A stretch of DNA of 64,000 nucleotides from Lama guanicoe (Eukaryota): contig MU053376.1 in the NCBI GenBank assembly GCA_013239625.1, positions 582,833 through 646,832 on the forward strand. Reading direction: 5' to 3'. The stretch's first letter is position 1. Each line of letters opens with the position of its first letter. Positions 24,714-36,080 of this stretch are shown here, piece by piece. The notes beneath the pieces were generated by a model, which made no database searches, had not been told where the DNA came from, and saw only the letters and a program-made list of their open reading frames with translations. Made by a program: the position numbers and the translations under genes.

Positions 24714-25504
24714 TTTCCTTTGCTACTTCAGCGGTTCTTCCTCTTTCATCACCGTGAAATTATCTGGAATGTATCTTTTTTTTCTTAAGGACAAAGAGAA
24801 GAAGCTGATCTTGCTCCTTTTCCACTGATTGAGGTTCAGAACATTCTAGGGGCTGCCAGATGCTGTTCAGTGGGTGCTTCGGGGAGGAGGCCACGTGGTC
24901 TTCCCCTCCCCAGCATCCCTGCCCTCCCTGCTATCAGATTTGCCAAAGGGAATGCTTGACACAGCAGGACCCTTACCTCTCAGATAGACCCTCTGACCAG
25001 TTCACCAGTAGGGGGTATTTTTCAGGCAGGGCCAGCTCCAGTTAGCTTCCAAACGGTGAGATGCCTTTCTCCTTGCAGAACCTTCAGAGAAAAAAGGAAC
25101 AACTTGACATCCACAAAGGGCTTCTTGGAGGAAGGGGATAGTGTCAATCAAAGCAAGATGGGATGGCCCCCTGCCTGGTGCTCCGAGAGGCTGGGGCTTT
25201 CTGACTTTGGTTGGAAGAGGGTCGTTTTGAGAAAGTGGGACGGGCCAGGCTGAATATGATAACCTCCTAATACAATGTTTTGATTATTTTCTTCTTTCCA
25301 CTCAAATTCTTTTTGTGATGAGCATAAAAATAGCACACATACCTTCTGCATCGTGCCCCGGAAGTTTGCCCTCTTTGAGAATTGGGTTTTTTTTTTTTTA
25401 TGTATCTGCACTAGGTAAGATCATTTATCAAGCCCCACTTAACGCTAGTTTTTATTGTAAAATTTCCAAACATAGAGTTCTAGAATCATTTTTTTAAAAG
25501 AACA

Positions 25505-25602
25505 TTTTTATTTTATTTTTTTCCCATTAATGGAGGCACTGGGGATTGAACCCACGCCCTCATGCATGCCAAGCACAAGCTCTACCTCTGAGCTATGCCC
25601 CA
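25505..25602 (-). mobile_element. Camelid tRNA-Ala-derived SINE
   Basis: ATGGAGGCACTGGGGATTGAACCCACG...CTGAGCTATGCCCC with a T-rich tail on the + strand. Confidence 0.85.
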
Positions 25603-25897
25603 CACTCTCTATAGTATCATTTTGAGTATGGACTTTGAATCTCTATGTAAATCCCAAATTGGAGATCAAACTTCCCCACCCATCTCCACTGGAGAATCAC
25701 TGAATCACTGCCCTAATGTCCAGCACAAGGTAAGCAGAAAAGCATTAGCCATCCAGGCTGGGACTATTCAAGGGCACTTTTGTCTTTTGTCCAAGTCACT
25801 CTCCCATTTCATAAAATCAGTGTCTTCTTTAGTCATTTGGGCACATAGTAGGAAGCTCATTAAGTAAACATTGCATGAACCCTACACTATTATATTA

Positions 25898-26403
25898 TAG
25901 ATCTTCCTCGACTTACAGTGGGATTACAGCCAGATAAACCCATCATAAGTTGAAAATATCATAAGTCAAAAACACATTTAATATAACCTACCCAACAGCA
26001 CAGTTGAGCCTAGCCTATCTTACATGTGTTCAAAACACTTAATGTTAACCTACAGTTGGGAAAAATCATCTAACACAAAGCCTGTTTTATAACAAAGTGT
26101 TGAGTGTTGTATCTCATGTAATCGATTGTGACTGTACTGAAAGTGAAATACAGAAAGTTTGCACGGATAAGGGACAGTTCTAAGTGTATCAGCTGTCTTC
26201 CCCTGGGAGGATGTGGCTGACTGGGGGCTGAGGCTCACTGCCACTGCCCAGCATCAGGAGAGACTCAAACCGCGTATAGCTAGCCCAGAAAGAGATCAAA
26301 ATTCAAAATTTGAAGAACGGTTTCTGCTGAATGCATATCGCTTTTGCACACTGTAAAGTCAAAAAACTCATAAGTTGAACCATCCTGAGTTGGGGACCGT
26401 CTG
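25898..26403. mobile_element. Tigger5/MER47-like DNA transposon
   Basis: AGATCTTCCTCGACTTAC...GATAAACCCATCATAAGTTGAAAATATC...GAGTTGGGGACCGTCTG, with imperfect TIRs. Confidence 0.8.
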
Positions 26404-27194
26404 TGTTGTCAAGTGCTTGGCACTGTGCTGGGGCCTGGCAGTGACAAGGCACCCAATAAGAGCTGGCCATTGTTCCTAAGGTCCCTGACACCCTGCCTTC
26501 TCCACATGTCCTGCAGTCAGTGTAGCCTCTGTTAGCAAGTTCTAGCTGGTGGAGATGCTAATTTTCTTAAGGCGCCCTGGGATAGCGCTCGACATTCTCT
26601 TGGTCTACAGAACTTAGTTTCACCTCCAAATGGTGACCACCTGTCCAGGCACCAGCTTCTTTTGGTTGAATCAAAGCCTAGCACAGTGCCGTGCACATAG
26701 TAGGTCTTAAAAAATCTGTTGAGGGAGTGACTGAGTGGTCTGATGGCTTCCACTTGGCAGCCCCTCTGGTCAGAGCAGGCAGATCCCAGGAAGGTGGGGG
26801 CTGGACCACAACACAGCTTCTTAGGGAATAAGCAAGTTTTTCTGACTGTGTTCTTTATGCAAAGGATGCTGATTTACCAGCACACGATTACAGCTTGAAA
26901 ATCATTCTGGTGAGCCAGTCTTTCTAGTGTCTTTAGGGGTTTGTTGGAGACCCGTATTGCTTTGGTGTTTAAAGTTTGTTTCTGAGTTCTCTCTAGATTG
27001 CTCAGAATAACTCTGGAGTCTGGATAGCTCTTCCTTCCAATTGCTCTTGGCCATTTCCCGCTGTGTCAGCTGCAGCCTCTGTCTCTGTAGGGTGATAAGT
27101 GTCAGTAACTTTCCCAACCGGGCCTGGACACCTCTGATCATGCACCTGCACTTCCCAGATGTTCCTGTGTATTTGCCCCCAGTTGCTGTTTCTT

Positions 27195-27790
27195 AAAAAC
27201 TGAACATATACTTACTATATAATCCTGCAATCACCTTGCTAGACATGTGTCCCAGAGAGATGAGAACTTATGTTCACATAAAATCTTATGCATGAGTGTT
27301 CAGAGCAGTTTTATTTGTAATAGCCCCTGAGCGGAAACAACCAAAATGTCATTCAGTTGATGAGTGGTTAGACAATCTGGTACATCCACACCACAGAATA
27401 CAACTCAGCAACAAAAAAGGAATGAACTATTGATACATGCACCAACTTGGGCTCGCAGGGCATTGTGTTGAGTGAAAAAGCCAATTTCAAAAGTTCACAA
27501 TGTGCATGATTTCGTTTGTATGACATTCTCAAAATGACAAAACTGTACAGATGGCGAACAGCTTAGTGGTTGCCAGGTTCAAGGAGGAGGGGTGGTTTTG
27601 GAGGAGATGAGGGGTAACAGAGGGATCTGGGTGAATGGGACAGTTCCGTATCTTGACTGGGGTGCTAGTAACATGAATCTACACACATAATAAAATTGCA
27701 CAGAATCACACACGCACACATACACACACGTAAAATTGGTGAAATCTGAATGAGGTCTGTGGATTGTACCAAAGTCCAATTCCTGTTTTT
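27195..27790 (+). mobile_element. Old L1 (L1MC-like) ORF2 end and 3'UTR
   Basis: CCCAGAGAGATGAGAACTTATGTTCACA...GGAAACAACCAAAATGTC...AAAGGAATGAACTATTGATACATGC. Confidence 0.85.
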
Positions 27791-29179
27791 GTTTTTGCTG
27801 CTCTTCAGAGAACCTCTAGCTTTCGTTCCTATGGTTTTGCCGGCCCCTGGTCTGCCTTTGATCTCTGGCATGATGTCCAGGGTGGGTCTGGAAGGGCCAG
27901 ATTCTCCTGGCATTCTTAAGTATTAGGAGTATAGCTAAAATACTTTAAGTCTTCCTTCCAACCTACAATGAATCCATTTTCCCCAGAATCAATGTAATCT
28001 GGCTTGGGAGCTCTATATATTTCCAGCCTATGCCTCCTCTTGGGGTATTGTATTCTAAGTGGATTATCTACCCTGTGAAGTAGGACTATAAACATATTTT
28101 GTTTATTTGATTATTCTAAGCCTAATCAGCTTCACCTTCAAGTTTAAGGAGGCTTCTGAATTCAATTACCATAGGACTTGCTTCTGCTGCTGCTTTATTT
28201 GGGGGCCAAGTTCGCATGCATTCTTTGAACCCGTGGTGTGTTGCTGGTGATCCAAGGCTCCACCCCACAGTTGGCATGGGACACAGCACCGCTTGCCCTC
28301 AGGAGGCCCAAGGAAGGGGGCCTGAAAGAGCCATCCTAAGGCTTGATTCATTTAGCCACCCTCACCCCTCCCCATGTGAACAGCCCCGGGAGCTCTGATC
28401 ACTCTCCTGCCCTAAGTCTCTGCATGGAAAGACACAGGCTTGTCCTGCCTTGGTCACACACCATCTCCTTACTGCCCACCTTGCCCCACCCTCATATTTT
28501 GCATCCTGATCTTGTGGGGCTCCCAGAAGGTAGACAATTATCCAGGAGCGCATCTCCCCCCTTTTCCTGTCTCCTTACAAGCAGACTAGGCTTGCCTAGA
28601 CGAAGCCCCTCATTCCGTGGATGAAGACCCTGAGGCCCTGCTGTAGTTCATGGCAGAGCTGGTCTACGGCCCACTGTGGTACTTCGTGCTGCCTCTTTTG
28701 GAGACAGAATTTCACAAATTTATTTCTGGCTGACCGTTCTGGTTTGTTAATTGGGGGAATTTGGTGACAACAGATGAAGAACTTTCCCTGAGCTGCCCTG
28801 GCGGTAATTTAGAGGCAGCCCTGCAGCTCTGTGCCCGCACCTCCTGCTTTTCCTGGGGCTGGTTCTTCAGAAGGGGCTGCAGGGATGGGGAAAGCTCAGG
28901 AAACACGAGGAGATGCCTCTGGCTCTTCTGGGGGACTCTTTGCTTTTGGCGCTCCGGCCTTTTGGACCACCAGGTTTACACTGAAGGATCGGCCCAGCCC
29001 CAGGGCGGGAAGGCTGAGCCTGAGGGTGTGGGCAGTTGAAGTGATGCAGGGGAGCACTGTGGGCTAAACAAACACCTTCCTCAACCAACACTCACACAAG
29101 CACATGCACACATGTACGCGAACACGCACACCATGGGGTTTAGAAAACTCTCGGACCTCTAGGATGGTGAATGGTTACG

Positions 29180-29485
29180 GACATAACGGTTAAAATCCCT
29201 CTGACCTAGTCTGAACCTTGACTCTGCCACTTCCTGGCCATGTGACTCTGGGCACGTCTTGTAACTACTCTTTTTTTTTTTTTTGCTCTTAATTGAGTTA
29301 TACTCAGTTTACAATGTCGTGTCAATTTCTGTTGCAATCTTGTAACTACTCTTACATTTCTTCACCTCTAAACAGGGGTAATGAATTGCATCTATCTCAA
29401 AGGGATGTCGTGAGTACTGGAAGAGAATATATGTAAGTCTCTAGTCCCTGGTACTTAGTGAGCACTCCATCAACATAAGTTATTT
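29180..29485 (+). mobile_element. MIR SINE, interrupted by a short L1 tail
   Basis: CTCTGCCACTTCCTGGCCATGTGACTCTGGGCA ... CCTGGTACTTAGTGAGCACTCCAT. Confidence 0.7.
29273..29337 (-). mobile_element. Extremely 5'-truncated lineage-specific L1 tail (65 bp)
   Basis: Poly(T) followed by TAATTGAGTTATACTCAGTTTACAATGTCGTGTCAATTTC. Perfect 16-bp TSD TCTTGTAACTACTCTT at 29257-29272 and 29338-29353. Confidence 0.85.
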
Positions 29486-29599
29486 TGACAATGCTGAGCC
29501 CAGTGATAGTGAGTATGAGTGTTTTAAAATCATTCTATATTTGTGTCCTTCATGTTTCAGCTTAGACACTACTTCCTCTAGAAACTCCTGCCTGACCCC

Positions 29600-29830
29600 A
29601 CAAGAATGGAGGGAGGGCCCCTCCCCTGGTCCCAGCGCCCACGCTTGTCTCCCTTAAACTCTTTTCACACCGTATTGTTGGTCTTTCCAAGTAGACTGAA
29701 TTATTTGAGAACGGCATCCCCACCCTGTTCATTTCTTTATCCCCAAGGTCTAGCCCAATGCCTGACAAACAGTAGGTGCTCGAGAAATACTTGTTGAACA
29801 AATGGATAAGTAAAGAGACGAATGAGTGAG
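29600..29830 (+). mobile_element. L2 3' end
   Basis: CTAGCCCAATGCCTGACAAACAGTAGGTGCTCGAGAAATACTTGTTGAA...GAATGAGTGAGTGAA. Confidence 0.75.
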
Positions 29831-31013
29831 TGAAAAGATGATAACGTAAATGTGGGACAATATCTCCTCTCCACACTGAGACTAATCCTGTCTCTGGGCC
29901 TTCGCTCATTCCACTGCTACCTTCTGGAATGTCTATTCCTACCTTTCCATTTTTTTTCCTTGAACATTCCCCTCCTTCACGGCCCATCTGGAGTCTCTGC
30001 CTCCTCTGTAAGCCTTCCGTGATTACTCCAACATGCTCTGATCCCTCCTGGATTCAAATTCACGTGGGAGTTATTTGGCATTGACTTGGACTGTCAGTTG
30101 CCTTTTTGTATTTCTGGCCTTCCTCCCCAAACTACAGGTTCCTAGAGGGCAAGGATTTCACTGTGTCCGGATCTATATCCCCAGGGTGTTTTGTGAACCT
30201 CAGGGACTCAATACATGTTCCTAGGTTGAGAGGCAGAGGGAACGTATATGAGGCAGGAGGACCAGGAGAGCCACAGGCAGGACTGCAGGGTGGACCCCCC
30301 AGTGGTGCGTCTTCCCCTGTTAGCTGGCTAACCTCGAGCAAGTTGCTTTCTCTCTTGGAGCCCCGTTTTCTTCAGCTGTATTGAAAAGTAAAAGTGCTTA
30401 TTCCGGAGGGTTGATGTGAGAAAGTAGCGCTCAGACCCAGATGGACACTGGCTCCCATGCGCTACCGTCTGCTGAACTCATTCTGTTTCCCTGTGCTTTC
30501 CATCATCTTGCCCTGATCGTCGTGGGAACCCTAGAAGCAAGGCATCGGCCCCTCATTTTAAACATGAAGAAACCAAGATTCAGGCATGTTGGAGACATTT
30601 TCAAAGGTCGTACCGCTAGACAATGGCAGAGCTGGGAGTCAGATCCTGTCGGTCTGATGCCAAATCCATACATAATTCAGGAAAGAGCACACAGGCCTAG
30701 CCCTTGCTCTGCCACTGACTTGCTCTGCGATGTTGAGTAAGCCGCTAAATTCTTCCCAGTTTCCGCACAGTGAGGCGGTGGGGCTAGGTGTTCTGTGATG
30801 TCATTGCTGATTATCACGTGGGATTTTCTACCCCACTGTGAGTCCCTCAAGGGCAAGCACAAGGTGTCACTCAGTGTCCCTTCCCCAGCATCTCCCACCC
30901 TCCTTACACAGAGAAGGCCCACGCAGGTTGCTGAATGGACATTAGACTAACCGGGGCTGTGGTGAGTGGGTAGGAAGGTAGGAAGTGATGCTGGTTAAGA
31001 GTGAAGGGCTGTG

Positions 31014-31137
31014 GAAGGGAGGGTAGAGCTCAGTGGTAGAGTGCGTGCTTAGCATGCATGAGGTCCTGGGTTCAATCCCCCATACCTCCGCTAATAAACA
31101 AAAATAAATAAACATAATTACCCAAACCCGCCCAAAC
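31014..31137 (+). mobile_element. Camelid tRNA-Ala-derived SINE with good A and B boxes
   Basis: GAGCTCAGTGGTAGAGTGCGTGCTTAGCATGCATGAGGTCCTGGGTTCAATCCCC. TSD TGAAGG(G/A)CTGTG at 31002-31013 and 31138-31149. Confidence 0.9.
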
Positions 31138-33425
31138 TGAAGGACTGTGATGAGACAGCGAGTGGAACCCAGCTGGGCAGAGGGAGCCTGGCCTGGGCAG
31201 GAGGGAGAAGGCAGAGGGGCTCCGCTGTCCATCTGGGCCTGGGTGAGAGGATGCAGGCAAGAGGCCGGCCCTTCTAGGGAGAGGGGTTTCTGAACGGCGT
31301 GGGTGACCTTGTGGTTTGGGTGGCTGTAGAGAGAGGGTGGTCTTGACTCAGAGCCTGGCTGGACCTAGGCTACCTGCTGAGCCACAGCAGAAAAGATTCA
31401 GCAATGGAGTCACCATGACCAATCCCGATTTCCGTGGCATAAAGTAGCAGTCTCCCTTCTCAGCCTGGAGCCTCAGCCTTCAATACTCAGCTTGGTGACA
31501 TACTCCTGGACACCCTGGGTGACACAGTCCTGCTTCTCTGCTCCTAGGAGAGGAGCCTTGACACTGCTCACTGCAGAGAGACCTGTTGGGGCCTCGACAT
31601 CTGACCGAACACATTCTGTCCCAGGCCCACCGAGGAAGAGCGGCTGTCAGATGCGGCCAGTCCCCTGGCCCCACTCCGCAGGGTCCAGCGGGAGTGTCCC
31701 AGGGTGGCTCCCAGCTCCTCCCTGGGGGGTCCCTCACACCGAGCACTCAGCACCTCCTTCACGTGCTCTCGCCCCCTCCCCCTCCCAGAATCACACTGTT
31801 TAATCCCTCACGTATGTATCGGTCACCTGCCCACTATGGGCCCAGCCCAGAAGTGACAAGAAGGGCGCCCCAAAGCAGTGCAAAGTATCGTTTCATAAAA
31901 GACACAAGCGCATGGCACCCCATAGTCAAGTGCTGTCACTTACAAACCCTGAGGGCTGGGGTGGGCGGAGGTGGCTGGGCTGTCCCCAGGCAGCATGGAA
32001 CCCTGGGGTAATGACATTCTCCCTGCCTTCCTTCTGCCATTCACCGTCCTTGGCACTTCTCCGCCCAGCAGCACCAGGGAGAAAGGACCGCAGGGCAGTT
32101 GCCAGTAGGCTCGGCCAGGAGGCAGGGAGATTCAGGCACCCCCTCACTGTCTGGAGGGGCCGGGAGCTCCCAGCTGAGGCTTCCAGTGCAGGCAGCCAGC
32201 TTTGAATGTGTCTCCCACCGTAACAGGGCCCTGAGGGGGCCACTTTGGAGGGGGTGTCACAGAGCACGTCAGCTCCCCAGGCCTTCAGACAGAGGCCCTG
32301 ACACAGCAGACAGGCTGGGAGGGCCCAGGAGGAGGGAAGGCATTGCTCCTCTGGCTACTTATTTCTTTGGTTTGTGGCTGTTTGACAACAGTAGTAAAAA
32401 CAGCTTATAAATTAGGTGCCCGGCTGTAAACTGCAGCGGCAGCTGTGGCGCGGGGAGCAGGGAGCGTTCCCCCCCGCTGTCCCCTGCCGCTCCCCAAGCA
32501 GGGAAGGACCCCTCCTCTCCCAGCTTCCCTGGCCCTCCGGGCGCTTCCCGCATCGCAGAAGGACCAGGGAGCCGCTGTCCGCTCCTCAGAGGCTCTTCAA
32601 ACACAGAGATGTTTGTATCTTTTCAGTGTGGTCCAAATTACAGGCAGGAAACTGGAGCCTGGGGGACATAAACCAAGGGATACAAGGCGGGAATTTTTTT
32701 AAAAGCTTGGTTTAAATCAACCTCCAGAAGATCTCAGATGAGGCCAGTGGGGAGAAAGGGCTGCAAGAAGAAGCCGAGGGGCCTGGCCCCCAGGAGTTCA
32801 GAGTGACCTGATGCGACAGTTATGTGTCCTCCTTTGAGCAGTGGCCCCTCTCCTAGCCTGTTTGGAGGGCCGGCCCCACAGAACTGGGGACGGGGCTCTT
32901 TGGCCACAGGAGGCCACTGGCCCAGCTCTCTGTGGAAGAGCCTTCTCTCTACCCCCTTGGCAGGGACAATATCTGGACTCTGGCAGCTTCACCTTGCTGC
33001 TCCTCAGGATCTGGGTCAGCGCCTGGGGGTGGCGAGCTCTAAGCATCCACCTAGCTGTGCTCAGTGCAGACTGTGTATCGCGGTACTGACTAGCGTTCCT
33101 CCGTAGAGTCAGTTCCTGAACCCCAAACACAGCTGTCCGGACTCGGCACCCCCAGTTCTGCACTCTGCTCTTGCCATCCGTGCCCTGGCATGACTGTGCA
33201 AAGCGCCTGCAGCTGGGGGATTACCCTGCATTTGCTCATGTGTTTTCTCTGCCGGTGTCAAGTCACTGTGTATGGGTTCCCAGCCCACGGGAGGAGGGCC
33301 CGGGGAGCAGAAACGGGGGCTGCTCCCTCTTCTAGATTGAGGACCTGCTCTCGAGCAGGCCTGGCCACAGGGTGCCAATAGGCAGGGAGAGGACACCCAG
33401 GACACCCAGGGAGAGGGCACCCAGG

Positions 33426-33429
<4 letters not shown>

Positions 33430-33456
<27 letters not shown>
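33430..33456. repeat. (GT)n microsatellite followed by CGCG
   Basis: Read directly from the sequence. Confidence 0.95.
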
Positions 33457-33463
<7 letters not shown>

Positions 33464-34095
33464 TCACACAAGCAAACAAGTTGCCATTGAGATGCAGTTC
33501 ACAAATCTTGCAGGGCCTGCTTTCACCCAGGCATTTTAGTTTTTCACTTACTCCCTTGTCCTGCAAGGCAGCTGCCCACACATTCCACCCTGGCCTAAGC
33601 CCAGGAGGTCTTGGAGGGGCAAATCCCTGAGCTGTATTAAACCAGTGTTAGACCTGATGTGTTTTAGACCTGCAAGCTACAGAGCAATATGCCATCTCTT
33701 TTGGAGAAAGAGGACATTTCTGACCCACGGGAAACATCTGGGAAGTACTTTATCAAATTTAATAAGCTGTGTGACCTTAGGCAAGTCAGTTAACTTCTCT
33801 GAGTTTAGCTTTTATCTTGGAAGTTAGGCAACTGATCCCTGTGAAATTGCTTTGAGGATCAAATGAGATAATAGATAAGAGCTCTGAAGAGTCAGAGTGC
33901 TCTAGAATGTCTAGAATGTCTAGAATTCTGTAACAACCACCACAACTATTATGATCAGCAGGTAGAGAGTGTGGCCGAGAGCAGAGAGAAGCTAAGTACT
34001 CCCTGAGGCCTTACCGGTCCTGTGCCCTCACCACCTGCGCTGGCTAGCCTCATCTGATCTCCTTTTTCTCTTTCTGTGGTATATGTGATTCAGTC

Positions 34096-34098
<3 letters not shown>

Positions 34099-34133
<35 letters not shown>
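34099..34133. repeat. (AC)17 microsatellite
   Basis: Read directly from the sequence. Confidence 0.97.
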
Positions 34134-34134
<1 letters not shown>

Positions 34135-35869
34135 CTTCAGATGCTGGTGGTTGATGGTTGAACCCCCCTGCCACCCAGGGTACCCAGGAACCCCTATTTC
34201 CCCCCAAGGTGGGGTCCGGGACCAGGAATGAAGGCTTTCTGTGTGACAGGCCTATTTCTCACCGCTCTTAGCCCACACTCTAGAACCCAGGAGACTTTGA
34301 GGTGACTCTGGATGTAAGTTTGGATCAATCTGGTGGTGTCTCTTGGGCCAATAGTTCCTACAAGGGGCCAGAGTGACATCCTGGGATACCCTGTATCGGT
34401 GGGGGCTCCTTGGTGGGTAGTTGCCCCCCAAAGATATGGGTCTGTAAACTTCAGGAAATGTGTTTACTGACATTAGGAACAGCTCCCATCACACTGGGTG
34501 GGTTTACAAATTAAGTAGTATTTCTGTTTTGGTAGAATGGGACTCAAAGGACCTTCCTCATTACTGAACTTTAGTTTCAAGTCTGGAGAGTCCTCCCAAC
34601 TAACTGGTCCACACCAGACATTCAGGCAACCCACGTCCTCCCTCCCAGCTCCAGCTCTAGGGCCATCCAACACACAGGCCTGCCACCGGGGTTCCTGCAA
34701 CTCGGGGATCTCCCCAGGGCAGGGACCCAGATGTCTTCCCCCTCCATGTTCATCAGACTCTGTACACGAGGGCTTTCGGTTGGCTTTGGCCAAACCACGA
34801 ATGCAGAATACCTGGGATTTCCGTGGGGCTGGACCCAAGATGAACCACACTTAAGAAAGTGTCAGTTTCCCCTGGAGTTTGGAATCCCAATTAACTGCAA
34901 GGTGGTGGCTCAGAAAAGGGGGCAGGGATGTGACCTCTGCAGAGTTTTGGTCTCCTTATGCCCAGCCCACGAGGGGCGGGGTTGGGGTGGGGTGCGTGGG
35001 TGACCCGGCTCCCCATGGTGATGCCCCCCAGGATTTCTGCTCTGGTTCTACTGTGGCAGGAAGAAAAAGGCCTGACACGAAAGCCTTTCTCCCTGCTGTC
35101 CCCAGCGCGGTAGTTTTCCACCTACTCCTTGGGCTTCCTATCGATTTAAATAGAGAGAAGGCAGGTGGGGGGAGAGAAGAGTGCCACCGAGGGAACAAGA
35201 GTCAGACTAAAGCAGAGAGGGGAAGGGAAGAGACGGAGCAGCAGGGTGGGTGGGGAGAGAGGAGAGGCAAGCAGGAAAGAAAATGAGAGTGGAGAGAAGA
35301 TAAGCTGAGGACCCGGGAGCGAGAAGATGAAAAGGGAGGGAGAGGGGGAGAGGGGAGCAAGGGAAAACCCAGCTTCCTCCTGGTCTGCAGAGACTCCTCC
35401 CAGGCCATCCCTCCTCCAGCCAACTGAAGGGCTCTGCCTCCTGGGACCTGGGGGGATGGGGCAGGGCCCTGCCTCGCCAGATCCCTGGTCCTGGTGAGGA
35501 GTCCTGGGCTTCATGGCTTATGCGTGGGCAGAGCTGTGCCACCTTCTGTGCCCACCTGATGGGTGACTACTCCCCTGCCCCCTCCCAGCCCCACCATTCT
35601 TGGTGCGCACACCACACCATTAGATCCTTTTCTATAGATGAAGGCACTTTGTTGAGGGGCGTTCCTCTGTCTGTTCCAAAGAGAGAGGTGACCTCTGAAT
35701 GGAGGCCCCCATTTCCACCCCTGACAGGGGATCCTGCTCACCCCCCCACCCCTGGCCCCCGGAAGTGTCCAGCCACAGGGGTGCAGGCTCTTTGGGGGTG
35801 ACCCCCACACCTCAGGCTCTGCTGTCCCCATTCCTTTCTGTCCTGGGGCTTTGGCTTAGGAAAAGACAC

Positions 35870-36080
35870 ACAGCAGCCGTGTTTATGGCACAGTTGGATT
35901 TGTCTGTGTTGCCATGACAACAGTGAGGGTTGCCCCTGTTCTCTCTCCCATCCCATACTCTGCTCCTTTCACAGGCTAAAAACCTCTCTCTGTCTGTTTC
36001 TCTCTGTCAATTCCTTCTCGCCACCACCATTATTCATAATTTCCATGGGACTTAAAGCCCTGCCCGCCCCACCTCTCCTC
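35870..36080. promoter_or_regulatory. Candidate enhancer with RFX X-box
   Basis: GTTGCCATGACAAC at 35908-35921, TTTATGG at 35882, POU-like ATTATTCATAAT at 36029-36040, and a GC box near 36063. Confidence 0.4.

Noticed and set aside
33901..33927. TCTAGAATG x3 short tandem repeat
   Set aside because: Simple slippage duplication in a MIR tail; no spacers, so not an array of any functional type.
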